A stretch of DNA of 62,000 nucleotides from Chiloscyllium plagiosum (GCF_004010195.1 NC_057719.1:68382567-68444566); one strand, 5' to 3'; counted from the stretch's first letter, positions 22,376-35,812 are shown. Notes: a model not told the origin generated them from the sequence alone. Program-made: numbers and translations.

Positions 22376-25300
22376 CTGTATTTCTCTAATGGCCCTCTGG
22401 GTAGAAAGATAGACTTTTCTTAGCAGTTAGATGAAACTTATCCAAACATTTGAACCATCATCTCTTGAGAGGACATCTCCTTTAGTGATATTTCTTTTGT
22501 GAATGAACCGCAGTCATTTCCATTTCCACATGTGGTACGTTCAGTTCTTTTGCCAAACCAGCCATCCTTATCGGTGAGACACAAATGAGGGACATATCTA
22601 TTTAAAAGCAACAAGGGTGTATCATTTCTCATAGTTGTGTGGCTCTGAGCTTTCCTTCGGGCAATATTTCCTAAAAACAAATCTTTTGTCTTTTAGGCTG
22701 AAATCTGTTTTTCTTTAAACGATGAAATCCATCCAGCCTTAAACAGGAAGCAATTGACTCAGCTTTTCAGTTTCTGTTCCCATATTTTAAACATGAAATA
22801 AGCCCCTAGCTTCAATAAATGCCTGGCTGCTCCATATGAATATGTCTACATTAGTGTCACATACAATAGAAGATATTTTCTACCATTTCACACACAGGTA
22901 CGAATCAGGCATGTTTCCTGACTTAGCTTTAAATGAGCCATAACTGCCCTGGTCTTATGATTCCTGAAATAAGATAAGATGATTTATTCCTTTTCATACA
23001 GCGCCACCACTGTACAATCAATCGCTCTATTTTATGCAGCTTTCTGAACTTCAAAGTTCAGTTATACAATACAAATGAGTGCACTGAACCTCCTCTTTTT
23101 TTGAAACACTTTAAGAATAACCTGCTGCTCTATTTCCTTGCATAGAGGGGAAAAAAACTTCCTGTTCACTTTTACAGGAGAATCATTCATTTATTGAATA
23201 CTTAAAAGCTCCATGCATTTTGAATCATCAGTTTGACCAGTTAATATGTTTTCTGAATGTAAGTGTGTTGGAGTGTCTGAATTGTACGTGCTTGGTCCTG
23301 TGTGTGTGGTTTCTCTGTGTCACTCACAACCATTGGTGATATATTTTACTTTGGTACCTGCTATCATTTCATGATATTTTACTTTCACGTTTTAAAATTA
23401 ATTGCGTAGTACAGTACATTGGAGCCCAGTCAACCTGTGATTTAGTGTTAGGGAAAAACTTTCGTGAAAGCACATGACTATGTACAGAATATAATTTAAA
23501 TCCTGTTGGTTTTTCTGTCAGCAATCAGAAATAATACTTTGAATAATGTCAGGAACTTTGCTTTAATCATGCTTTGCGCTTTTGTTTTATGTTTTGAGGG
23601 ATTCTGTCTTACTGAATATGATAAAGAATAATGAAATAATATTCCTGGGGTTTTCTGAAGATCTGTCGTTTTTCAAGTGAAAATCAAATATATTTATCAC
23701 TGCACATTCCAACTCGTGAATAATTCATAAAGCTGCCATTTTGTTGAGTCTTTTTTTTTGCTGGCATTAGTCTACATTCCCCCCACCTTTTAGTGCAAAG
23801 CAGAAGTGACATTGTGGCTGAAACATGATATTCAGTGAGAAATTTGTGCCAGCAGCTTGTTGAGCGTGATGATGTCAAGTTCACTGCCGCTGGATTTCTG
23901 TCACCAAGCTGTGTGGAACCCAAAATGGTGAAAGCGTCGATGTGAAGTGATGAAATTCATATTTACATGTCTTTCTCTATGAATGATTGCCATAAGTAAA
24001 AACTCCACTGCGGTATTCGATTTGACATTGGCTTCTAAGTCACTATCCTAGCAATTTAATTGTTTTGAATACATAAGGGATGATTTCTACAAGCTGAGAA
24101 ATGCAGGGTTTTAGAAGTATAACAGAAATAATGCAAGTTTGACAGCTTGTCCTCGATCAGCAGCAGCTGAATCTGCTCACAAATGTGCACGATGCAAGCT
24201 TCTAAGCATATTGCAATGATATCATTCATAAATATGATCATCTCATCAGCTTAACAATGTTCAAAACATCATAGCACATTTTAGTTCCTCCCTATTGATT
24301 TATGGGTTCTTGCGTTCTGCTGCTCTTGTCAAAACTCTACCCACACATCCTCGGCAGTGATTTGAAATAAGTTTTGTCCTTTTGAGTGCCAGTACTTTCT
24401 GTTCTTAAATGGCCCAAACTCTTCTGTCGATATTATTGATATCATCCGCGGGCCTTTTGAGCAATCCCTCTGTCAGAGTCGCTAATGATGGTGAACAGGG
24501 TGATTGCATTGGCCTGACGCTAGATGTGTAGAAACGAGTGGAGGAGTCATTGATAATGTGTCAGGCTCTTCAGAGGTTTGATTAGCTCTCTGCCTAATGC
24601 CATGCTAAGCAGAAACATTACTCTACCCAGAGAGAAGAAAAATATTCTTCTGGGAAATTAACTGATACCAGCAAAACAGTGTACCAAGGAATTTCTTGGA
24701 TAAATTAACAATGCAATTACATTACATGACACGTTGTAAGATGGATGAGAAAAACTTCGCCAGTATTATGTTCTGTTTTCAAATTGCAATTTATTTGAGG
24801 GCTTTAATGGACGTCTTATTAAAACATCACCACACTGGTCAGGTTTCATCATGTGTCAATAAGTGTGTGATTGATGACGGTGTCTGGGTTGTTCCCTGCA
24901 GCTTGCAGTAAATTTAACAGAAGGCTGTAGAAGCAGAGAGAAAAAAAAACTATACAGAGCATGCCTTTTAATTTTGTTATTTTATAATAGAAGCAATCAA
25001 CACAATAAAGTATTATTAGACTATGTAGGAATACTGTTCTTTCAAATATGCGTAAATGCCTAAATCTCTCACTTTAATGAACTTACGCAAATGCACAAAT
25101 GATTCCGTAAGATCTTAAAGCTTTTACTGTTCATGTTTTTGCTTCCTTTTATTATACTTTCTAAAGACAGAATCTGTGCAGTTCAAACATTTGTTGAGAA
25201 TGTTTTATAGGGATGTTTTTCAAATTAGATTCATAAATAGATGGAAAAAGAGAAACAACCAATCTGTTGTTTATAGAATTTATTTCACATTGAAATAAAA

Positions 25301-25884
25301 CCTAACAATGTATTATAAAGACCTATCCCTTGCCTGGATCCAATGAGCAGAAGACGGTTCATGCTGTCTATTTTGTGTCTTGTTCTAAAAGTGGATATGG
25401 GGATGATTATGCTAAAAAGAAGAGGCACAATTTCAGCCAATATTTTGTTTCAATATGGATTGGTAAAAGTATTAAGGCATGCTTAATACTCAGCATTATG
25501 ACCTGCCTCTTGCATTTCTCCAGACATACATGTAGAATTAAACCCTCAGGGATCTTCTGGTTGCAAATATCAAGCCTTTTTGTAAGAGAACGTTTAGCTA
25601 TCCAACTCTTTCTAAAGACGCATATTACAATGTGTTATCACATTTGTCCTCAACATTGTGCATAATTAATTTGTAGTATTATCATTTCAATCCTATACAT
25701 CAGACTACTGTAGATCATCCAAATAAAAAAAAAGGAAAATGTTCCTGGATTTATCTAGAAATTTAGAGCAACATTTTATTTGCACCACCTATCAGTATGT
25801 TATCTGATTCCTTGTTGTTCAGAGTCTTATTTGTGAAAGAGTGGATTTTTTAACATATGTATATTTATGGTAAGGGTTACATGT

Positions 25885-26165
25885 TGCTGAAGTTTGTTAC
25901 CTTGCACTCATCGGGACAAATGCAAGAATAGTAAATATCGGGATGTTTGGAGGAAGCAAGGGGGCTCTATAGGCTCCCTAAGCTCATGGTGATTCAAAAA
26001 GAGACTTCCATGGCAATATCATAGTCAATCAGAGTCAATGTACCAATCAATCAACACCCTGTCCTCCTGCAATATAAACTCTAATCAATCAAAATTTGGT
26101 ATTCTTACATTTGTCCTGATGAGTATGAAATGAAAAGCTTTAGAAATATGTCTTTTTTTTCAGTA
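25885..26165. mobile_element. Old inverted PLE-type terminal element (family D) with HHR-like motif
   Basis: cttgcactcatcgggacaaatgcaagaata (~25901-25930) is inverted against tattcttacatttgtcctgatgagta (~26100-26125); CTGATGA 26116-22 ... GAAAAGCTT 26132-40. Confidence 0.6.
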
Positions 26166-26226
26166 ATATTCAAGCTGTGAATTTCTAGGTGAATATATTC
26201 TTGTTCTTGAGCATGAGAATTATCAA

Positions 26227-28277
26227 CGTTTCGGGCATAAGCCTTTCTTCAGGAATGAGGAGGGTGTGCCAAGCGGGCGAAGATAAAAGGTAGGGAGGAG
26301 GGACTTGGGGAAGGGGGCGTTGGGAATACAATAGGTGGAAGGAGGTCAAGGTGAGGGTGATAGGCCGGAGAGGGGGTGGGGGCGGAGAGGTCGGGAAGAA
26401 GATTGCAGGTCAAGNNNNNNNNNNNNNNNNNNNNNNNNNNNNNNNNNNNNNNNNNNNNNNNNNNNNNNNNNNNNNNNNNNNNNNNNNNNNNNNNNNNNNN
26501 NNNNNNNNNNNNNNNNNNNNNNNNNNNNNNNNNNNNNNNNNNNNNNNNNNNNNNNNNNGTTTTGCATTTCTTGCAGTTGCAGGGGAAGGTGCCGGGAGTG
26601 GAGGTTGGGTTGGTGGGGGGTGTGGACCTGACGAGGGAGTCACGGAAGGAGTGGTCTTTCTGGAATGCTGATAGGGGAGGGGAGGGAAATATATCCTTGG
26701 TGGTGGGGTCCGTTTGGAGGTGGCGGAAATGACGAAGGATGATACGATGTATCTGGAGGTTGGTGGGATGGTAGGTGAGGACCAGTGGGGTTCTATCCTG
26801 GTGGCGATTGGAGGGGCGGGGTTCAAGGGCAGAGGAGCGGGAAGTGGAGGATATGCGATGGAGAGCATCATCAACCATGTCTGAGGGGAAATTGCGGTCT
26901 TTGAAGAAGGTGGCCATCTGGGTTGTTCGGTATTTGAATTGGTCCTCCTGGGAACAGATGCGGCGGAGGCGAAGGAATTGGGAATATGGGATGGCATTTT
27001 TACAGGGGGTAGGGTGGGAGGAGGTGTAATCTAGGTAGCTTTGGGAGTCGGTCGGTTTATAGTGAATGTCCGTGTTGAGTCGGTCGCCCGAGATAGAAAT
27101 GGAGAGGTCTAGGAAGGGAGGGAGGAGTCTGAAAAGGTCCAGGTAAATTTGAGGTCGGGGTGGAAGGTGTTAGTAAAGTGGATGAACTGTTCAACCTCCT
27201 CGTGGGAGCACGAGGTAGCGCCAACACAGTCTTCGATGTAGCGGAGGAAAAGGTGGGTGGTGGGTGCCAGTGTAGCTGCTGAAGGAAGATGGACTGTTCC
27301 ACATATCCGAGGAAGAGGCAGGCAAAGCTGGGACCCATGCGGGTGCCCATGGCTACTTCTTTGGTTTGGAGGAAGTGGGAGGATTGGAAAGAGAAATTGT
27401 TCAGAGTGAGGACCAGTTCAGTCAGTCGAAGGAGGGTGTTAGTGGAAGGGTACTGGTTGGTTCGGCGGGAAAGGAAGAAGTGGAGGGCTTTGAGTCCTTC
27501 GTGATGGGGGATGGAGGTGTATAGGGACTGGATTTCCATGGTGAAGATAAGGCACTGGGGGCCGGGGAAACGAAAATCATGGAGGAGGTCGAGGGGGTGA
27601 GTGGTGTCCCAAACGTAGGTGGGGAGTTCTTGGACTAAGGGGGTCAGGACTGTGTCGAGTTATGCAAAGATGAGTTCAGTGGGGCAGGAGCAGGCTGAGA
27701 CAATGGGTTGGCCGGGGCAGTCAGGTTTGTGGATTTTGGGCAGGAGGTAGAAACGGGCAGTGCGGGGTTGTGGGACGATGAGTTTGGAGGCGGTGGATGG
27801 GAGATTCCCTGAGGTGATGAGGTTATGGATGGTCTGGGAGATGATGGTTTGGTGGTGGGAGGTGGGGTCATGGTCAAGGGGGCAGTAGGAGGAGGTGTTC
27901 GCGAGCTGGCGTTTAGCCTCAGCAATGTAACGATCGGTGCGCCAAACTACCACCATACCTCCCTTGTCTGCTGGTTTGATGGTGAGGTTGGGGTTGGAGC
28001 GGAGGGAGTGGAGGGCTGTACGTTGCAAGGGTGAGAGGTTGGAGTGGGTAAGAGGGGTGGACAGGTTGAGGCGGTTAATGTCGTGGCAGCAGTTGGCTAT
28101 GAAGGGATCGAGGGTGGGTAAGAGTTCAGCACGGGGTGTCCAGATGGATGGGGTGTGTTGGAGGTGGGAGAAGGGGTCGTCAGAGGGTGGGCGAGAATCC
28201 TGGCTGAAGAAGTAGGCGTGGAGGCGAAGGCAGTGGAAGAATTGTTCGATGTCTCGCCACGTGTTGAACTCGTTAAT
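26227..28277 (-). mobile_element. Penelope-like element (Neptune-type), 5'-truncated RT, Cys linker and 3' UTR; frameshifted, spans an assembly gap
   Basis: IKPADKGG, FYLLPKIHK, IQSLYTSIPH, VAMGTRMGPSFACLF, RYIED, CNCKKC; HHR core on the minus strand at 26225-26252. Confidence 0.95.
26415..26558. other. Assembly gap (144 N)
   Basis: Run of N. Confidence 1.
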
Positions 28278-28801
28278 CCTCTGGGACACCCGCACCAACC
28301 AACCCAACCGTCCTGTGGCTGAATACTTTAACTCCCCCTCCCACTCCGCCAAGGACATGCAGGTCCTTGGCCTCCTCCATCATCAGGCCATGGCAACATG
28401 ACGCCTGGAGGAAGAGCGCCTCCAACCACAAGGGATGAATGCAGATTTCTCCAAATTCCTCATTTCTCCTCCCCCCACCTTATCTCAGTCCTAACCCTCG
28501 GACTCAGCACCGCCTTCTTGACCTGCAATCTTCTTCCCGACCTCTCCGCCCCTACCACCTCTCTGGCCTATCACCCTCACCTTAACCTCCTTCCACCTAT
28601 CGCATTCCCAACACCCCTCCCCCAAGTCCCTCCTCCCTACCTTTTATCTTAGCCCGCTTGGCACACCCTCCTCATTCCTGAAGAAGGGCTTATGCCCGAA
28701 TGTCGATTCTCAAGCTCCTTGGATGCTGCCTGACCTGCTGTGCTTTTCCAGCAACACATTTTTCAGCTCTGATCTCCAGCATCTGCAGTCCTCACTTTCT
28801 C
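28278..28801 (+). mobile_element. Inverted terminal repeat (pLTR) of the same PLE: GIY-YIG C-terminal half, UTR, mutated HHR (28678-28704), full tail
   Basis: Encodes RPVAEYFNSPSHSAKDMQVLGLLH; ~28517-28700 is the reverse complement of ~26230-26414; TSD catgagaa(t/a)tatcaa at 26212-26226 and 28802-28816. Confidence 0.95.
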
Positions 28802-29144
28802 CATGAGAAATATCAAACTTAGTTTGCTTTTATGTAATTTTTCTGCTGTACAGCACTATTCCTTCACATTGTTCAGAAGCTGGGTAGGAGAAGGTCAACA
28901 GTTAATTATTCCATATATGCCTTTTGGTCATTGATATCTGTTAATTTCTAATAATAAAAAATTCAGGGTTTCTTCTCCCAAACTTCAAACTTCAATAGCA
29001 ATGCATTGCCCTCTAAGAGTTTGCAATAACGTTACAAAATTGTCTCTTCTGGTGACGATTTCCCCTGGCTGATTGTATGTTAAAGGTAATCCTTAGCTTA
29101 CCTCATTATAACTCAGTCAATGTATATTTACCTCTCCATTAGGT

Positions 29145-29468
29145 GGGCGGCACGGTGGCACAGTGGTTAGCACTGCTGCCTCACAGCGCCAGAGACCCGG
29201 ATTCAATTCCCGCCTCAGGCGACTGACTGTGTGGAGTTTGCACGTTCTCCCCGTGTCTGCGTGGGTTTCCTCCGGGTGCTCCGGTTTCCTCCCACGGTCC
29301 AAAGATGTGCAGGGTCAGGTGAATTGGCCATACTAAATTGCCGTAGTGTTAGGTAAGGGGTAAATGTAGGGGTATGGGTGGGTTTCGCTTCGGCGGGTCG
29401 GTGTGGACTTGTTGGGCCGAAGGGCCTGTTTCCACACTGTAATCTAATCTAATCTAATCTAATCTAAT
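29145..29468 (+). mobile_element. Full-length, young HE1-type V-SINE
   Basis: tRNA-like head with A box tggcacagtgg and B box gattcaattcc, V-domain, CR1-like tail, (aatct)5; CpGs retained. Confidence 0.95.
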
Positions 29469-29557
29469 TTAGCGCCAGGTCAAAGTAAAAGGCAGCATTA
29501 TCTTCAATTCTCAACATTGCACTTATTCCAGTTATCTGACGTTATTTTTTACCACGT

Positions 29558-29870
29558 GGGGTGGCACGGTGGCTCAGTGGTTAGCACTGTTGCCTCACAG
29601 CTCCAGGGACCTGGGTTCAATTCCTGCCTTGGGTGACTGTCTGTGTGGAGTTTGCACACTCTCCCCGTGTCTGCGTGGGTTTCCTCACGGGTGCTCCGGT
29701 TTCCTTCCACAGTCCAATGATGTGCAGGTCAGGTGAATTGGCCATGCTAAATTGCCCGTCGTGTTAGGTGCATTAGTCAGAGGGGAGTGGATCTGGGTGG
29801 GTTGCTCTTCGGAGGGGCGGTTTGGACTTGTTGGGCTGAAGGGCCTGATTCCACCCTGTAGGTAATCTAA
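29558..29870 (+). mobile_element. Full-length HE1-type V-SINE
   Basis: A box tggctcagtgg, B box ggttcaattcc, V-domain and tail. Confidence 0.95.
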
Positions 29871-30439
29871 AATAACCTGGTGACTCTGCTATTAGTCTTG
29901 GATTATAGCTCTTTTTGGGCTGTAAACTAATTTACACTGAAACCTGGACTAAGCATGATAGGATACATTTCTCTCTTTGAAAATTGTACAGATTTAAAAT
30001 TAGAACACAATTCAACCTGCCAACTTGTGGTGAATTTCAGCACAGCTTCGAATGGTTGGTTTCAGCTCAGTACAACACCAGTATTTCATGGCACTAAAAC
30101 CTTGCTTCATTTAAAACAGCACAACTGGAGGATAATACCATCAAATATTGACTGAATAGTTAATAGGCCAGTTTTTTACCCAGGACAAATAGTGGATTAT
30201 GAGAGTCAGCAAGGACCAGGTGGAGAATACTTGATATAGCAAGGGACATTAAAGACGTTCTTCCTTCATTATTTAAAAGAATAATCAGAATGTTTTCTTG
30301 TGTGTTAAATGCCAATGGGATGTTAAGGTATGCCATTTTCAATGTGGATGCTGTCACGCTTTAAATTATTTGTTCTGGTGACAAAACACTTTAAGATGTT
30401 GTTTGTAACTTTATTTTTTGGGTTTGATATTGAATACTT

Positions 30440-32850
30440 GGGCAGAATCTTATAAGGGCATGAACAATGTGAACTATGGCAAGATGTGTGGCAGAATTGA
30501 GATCCATCTCAACATCGAGACCAACACTCTGCATCGTTTATGTAAATTCCAGGCATGGAGGCAGGATTCTGGCTAGGCAGCAGTGAGGGGATTGCTGCTT
30601 GTCAACAACCATATTAATTGCGCATCTTGCCTCATTAATATTCAGCTTCTTATCATCCCAAACTCACCGAGTGAAGTAGATGCCAAGAAATCTTGCCATG
30701 GAAGACCAAGTGGATACCTGGCAACTTCAGCTCTCCATGTTGCTCAGAATCTCTGGGTATGATCTATGGCAACTGGCTTCACCCAACCTTCATCCAACAG
30801 GAAAGGGTAGAGGACCAGAATTGGTATTATTAAGGTATATTGTCAGGACAGCGAGGACAGTGGTGCCAAAGTTCAATGTGGTGGGTCCATATTTGGATGG
30901 AGTGATAGGTGGAAATGGACTGTCAGGGTAAATGGGGGTTTGGCAGAACAAGTGGTAGGAGCAGGGTAGTTACCTGGCAACCAGGCAGAGTCCAAAGCTG
31001 ATGATGTCCACCATGTTCTGCGGTCCCTACCATTGTTCGCCACTGTGTAGATGCAACTGGATAATGGCTATGATATTATCCATGGTAGAGAGAATCAGTC
31101 AGTTTGATGGACAAAAGTATAAGATCCATATCTGCTGGATGCTAGGATGTTGAAGGGACATATAAATGAAGTGTGTGTTTGCAAACTACAGTTACATTTA
31201 ATTTCCAATTTAACTTTTAGTGACTTAAAATAGGTGAATGCTGACGAAACATGACATGAAACTTGCAAGGATGCTGTAGGAGGTGGAGAACATTGTTTTA
31301 TCATCTGTTATATGTGTGTATTATGATGGACTCTGCTCATCTGTTGAATGATTGGTGGGGGTCTGGGATGGGAAAAGCTTCCACTGCAGCAGCACTCCCT
31401 ATTTGATTTATTTTATTTGCAAATTATTCCAAAGCAGGAGGACTATATCAAACCCTTGATTAGTTCAACTGATCTTAGAGCAATGGTAATTTATGTCAGC
31501 ATTTTGTGTAAGTAACGGCAAGGGATATTGAAGCGTATCAATGCAAACTTGTTCTTGAAGAGCCAATCTACATTTTGTCTGCATATGTTAAAATGAGAAA
31601 AACTAGGACCTATTAAATGGTGCGCTTGCAAAGATGATGCATGAGGACCCAATGCCGGGTGAAATGCTCCCAAGGATGTGCTGCAGTCATAGAGTCATAG
31701 AGATGTACAGGATGGAAACAGATCCTTCGGTCCAACTCGCCCATGCCGACCAGATATTCTAACCTAATCCTGGAAGAAGTTCAAAGATCTCACCCAACTG
31801 GCCATAGTCAATTATTGTATTTTCAAATGCCATTGATTAGTCACTGTGCTATCATCTTCAACACTGCTCAATGTACCACATCCCTTCACTGGGCAATCAA
31901 GACACATGCTGAGTATTTCCTGCAAGTCACTCTCAGGTCCTTACCATGGCTGCAAGCCTCACATCCACATTTCACAGCTTCCACTTCTGCCACTCAGCTT
32001 TGTCAGGCCAATTATCCCAATGCATCGTAAAAACTTCACTGACATTTTTGCATCTCATTTGCAGGACAAGGGCATATATAAAAGGAGGCAGCAGCAGTGA
32101 ATCATTGTGGAATAGACATGATTGCTTTTATGGAGTCATATAGAGGAGACTGAAATATTGGATCGACAGTGACTGACGTTATTGCAATAGATATCTATCC
32201 AGAGGGTATACTGCGCACAATTACTGATGCCTGGCAAGGGTCTCAGATGAGGACTTTGATTGGGATGGCATGTGTGTAGCAGAATGCTGATGGATATGCA
32301 CACAGACATGCACAGTACCTGGGCTGCCACAGATCCTGTTATTACTGCTAAGGAGCATGGGGGACTCCAGCCCCAGCTTCATATCGGGCTTTGCACACAG
32401 CTTGGAGGTGGTTGCATCTGACCCTGATGAAGAGGCCGGTGGCTGATGCCTCATTGTTCATCACAGCAGAAGCAGAAAATACCAAATGGCTCAGTATTGC
32501 AGTGAAAATTTAGCTTGGTGCCATATAAGCTGAGGTTGCTACCCTCATGGGTGTGGATACCAGTCATCAAAGAAATGTGCTCGACTCTCAGTAGATTACT
32601 GTGATATCATAGTGCCCATCAGTTATCTCTGTGCAGAACTCTTCAGTTTTCACCTGGCCAGGACGACAGCATTCTCGTTTCCACCATTAAAACTCTGCCT
32701 GTGTCCTTTCCCAGCCACGTAGACTGTCACCTATGCAAATTGATGCAGTTCTGAACTGGGCCTCTAAGTCCCGATGCTTTCCGAAGGTGTCTTGCAAAGC
32801 CCTCTGTAGTTCCTTCACTGTAAGTAAATAATAGATATAATTTGATAATG
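30440..32850 (+). mobile_element. Probable decayed PIF/Harbinger relic (contains a CR1 tail fragment at ~31686-31770)
   Basis: gggcagaatctt start; AQYLGCH at ~32310 resembles ARYPGSCHD. Boundaries uncertain. Confidence 0.4.
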
Positions 32851-34639
32851 AATGAATATCAGACTCTTACAGAGCTGGATGATAAATCTGAAATCATGCA
32901 ATTATTATTAATTGCATAGCTTCAACCCAGCAATTCAGAAAGGAAATTGAATTAAGGGTAACAAGATATCATTAACGATCAAAAACCATATCAAAACCAT
33001 ACAGAACATGGCCATTGAATAAGTGGTATTACGGATTGCAAAATATGTAAGGCAACAAAATGGAGGATGTTGCTAAAGCACAAAAGGAAGGTTATTTCAT
33101 CAATAAGTTTATTTCTTGCCTCAGGCGGACCCTGAGGTGAGCTAAAAATATCATTTTAAGTAACGGATCAGGATTTATGTGATTAGTTGAAGTTAGAATC
33201 TCGAATTGCGCACTGCCAGTCATTAGGTTCTGCTCAAACGTATAAATATCACAATAGTATTGATCATTCTTACATTGAGCTCATTTCATATATATTGAAT
33301 AGACATATCTGGCAGCATCCTTGTGTCTTTATTTTGTTGCCTGTATCATATGGCTGTTACTTCTGTCAGTAGGATGAGGAAACATATCCATAGTAGAAAA
33401 ATCAACAGTAAAAGGGAAGACTGTCCAGTTTGTTTGGTCACCACATAAGGAATAAACAATTGCATTGATTACAACCCCCTCTCTGAGGTTACAGGAAGTG
33501 ACTACTTCTTGAATAACTTACAAACTGTCATTCATCTTTGACAAGTTACACCCCGAACCAAAATCACCACATAATACCAACTGTTTGTTTATGCTATTTG
33601 CTGCTGTGCTTTCCCTTCTAAGTCAATGGATTACCATGTCAGCTGTAGAGTATTGAAAATTGCAAAGAGCAATTTATCCACTTGAGGTTACCATACACAT
33701 GTACCAGAGGAGGGTATTTTCTGGAAAAGGATAATAAAAAATCTATGTTTAATAGCTCACAAAGTCGTAATTGTAAATGTCTATGGGTGAAAATGTAACT
33801 GTTTTTGTCACAATTTTTACTCGCAGCTGCTTGTGTAATGAAGCTTCAAACGTGAATGTCTTTAGCTCTAAGATTGTGAAAGCAAGTCGTTCCTCTTAAT
33901 ATTTCTGCTTAGCCACAAAGTTCTTTCACTTTAGTTGCTGTTTCCACACTGTAGTTAGCAACGGTGTTTCTCCATTTTGTACCTATGAAATTGTATCATG
34001 TGTTATCAGCATCTGACTTAAAGTACTCATATAAAATGTCTGCTTTTATTATTTAAGCAGAGGCATGAACTCAGTTTTTGTGCAAGTTTGTTTATCTTTT
34101 ATAACAGTAGAGCAAGAAAGCTCATTAAGCATTTATTCATGTATATTCCATGATATTTTAAGATTATTGTTACTTTCCATAAATCATGAAATGCTCTTAA
34201 ATTCAGTTTTCTTCTGTTTCCTTTTCTAGTTTACCTCACTGCCCGACAGCTCTTTTCATTCTTCCAGTGTCTTTCTTTTACCCACATTTTTAATGATAAT
34301 TAATGCACTGAACTATAAGATAGTCTCTGCAACCCAGACATTGCCTCACATTCAGATTACTAAGCATTTATATGAAATCTAATGTCATATTTACTCTGGA
34401 ATTCTGCTCATTCTGTAGACTGTACGTATGTCATTGAATTGTTTGCCTCAACCCAACATTCAATTAATTGGGTTTGTCCATTTGGTCTTCAGGAAAATTG
34501 CCTTGTAGCCTCTTTCATTTAGATTTTCTGCTTGTCATGTGCCTATTTTGAACTGTTAGATGGTAGCCATAGGTAATTGATGATGCACTTGCAGAGTTGA
34601 GTGAGGGGGCATAATTCAGGGTTTAAAATAATTAATTTA

Positions 34640-35095
34640 TGGGCTGGGATGTCACTGTCTGAGTCAGCGTTCATTACCTAGTTGTCCTTGAGAAGGTGGT
34701 GGTGAGCTGCCTCTTTGAACCATTGCAGTGCATATGCAGTGAGTACAGCCACAATGCCATTAGAGCGGGAGTTCCAGGATTTTGACATACCTACATTTGA
34801 AGGAATAGGAATGTATTTCCAAGTCAGGATGGTGAGCAGCTTGGACCTAATGGTGTTACTATGTATTTGCTGCCTTTGTCCTTCTAGATGGTTGTGGTCA
34901 TTGGTTGAGAAGGTGTCACCTAAGGGTCTTCAATGAATTTCTGCAGTGCATTTTGCAGATGGTACGCACTGGTGTTAATGGTGGAGGGAATAGATGTTTG
35001 TGGATGCAGTGCCAATCAAGCGGGCTGCTTTGTCGTGAATGGTGTCAAGCTTCTTGAGAGTTTTTGGGGATACACTCATCTAACAAGTGGGGAGT
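34640..35095 (-). mobile_element. LINE 3' end (second family)
   Basis: ccttgagaaggtggtggtgagctgcc...; homologous to 43498-44018 and 35440-35812. Confidence 0.75.
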
Positions 35096-35439
35096 GCCTT
35101 GAAGACCTTGGGGAGTGTTGAGAGAATAATGTAGGATCTTGAAGAGTAAGACTTGGGTCTTCCCAAAGTGTCTGTAATAATGTCTTTGACATCACTGTAA
35201 CATGACTTTGCTGCTATTATGCAATAAATATATCTTACTTAAGACAAAAGGCTCTTTGTGTCAGACTTCCAAGTAGTTTGCCACTACCACTCTAGAGTTA
35301 ATAGGGTCTGTAAATCTGTATCAGGGAAGCGTTTACAGCAGCAAATCAATGGGAGAACTCATTCAAAATGATGAATAGAGGTGAGGATGCGTCACACAAC
35401 AATTATGATTTGGTTGTAATTTTAACATTAATAGGAGTG

Positions 35440-35812
35440 TTTTGGAGGGTGACTTTCAGGGGATTGCATTTCTATTTGTTTGCTTCCTTTGTCCTTCGAG
35501 AAGGAAGTGGTTTTAGGTTTAAAAGGTGCTGTCTAAGGAAATTTTCTGAATTTCTCCATGCATCTTGGTAATTAATACGCACTGATGCTGCTGAGTGTCA
35601 ATGGTGGAGGGAGTCAATACTTGTGGATGAGGTACCAATCAGGTGGGCTGCTTTGTCCTGGATGGTGTAAAGCTTCTTGAGTGTTTTTGGAGCTGCACCC
35701 ATCCAGGCAGTCAGGAAGTATTCCATCACACTCTTGACTTGAGGCTTGTAGACAGTGGTCAGCCTTTGGAGAACCAGGAGGTAAGTTACTCATTGCAGGA
35801 TTCCTAGCCTCT
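35440..35812 (-). mobile_element. LINE fragment (second family)
   Basis: Aligns by eye with 34850-35095 and 43720-44018. Confidence 0.7.

Noticed and set aside
26225..28704. Retrozyme or circRNA-producing unit
   Set aside because: Retrozymes need two HHRs in direct orientation; these are inverted and the right one has lost a core base.
29145..29215. tRNA gene
   Set aside because: The A and B boxes belong to the SINE head, which continues into the V-domain.
33116..33146. Small hairpin gcctcagg-cggac-cctgaggt
   Set aside because: Short enough to occur by chance.
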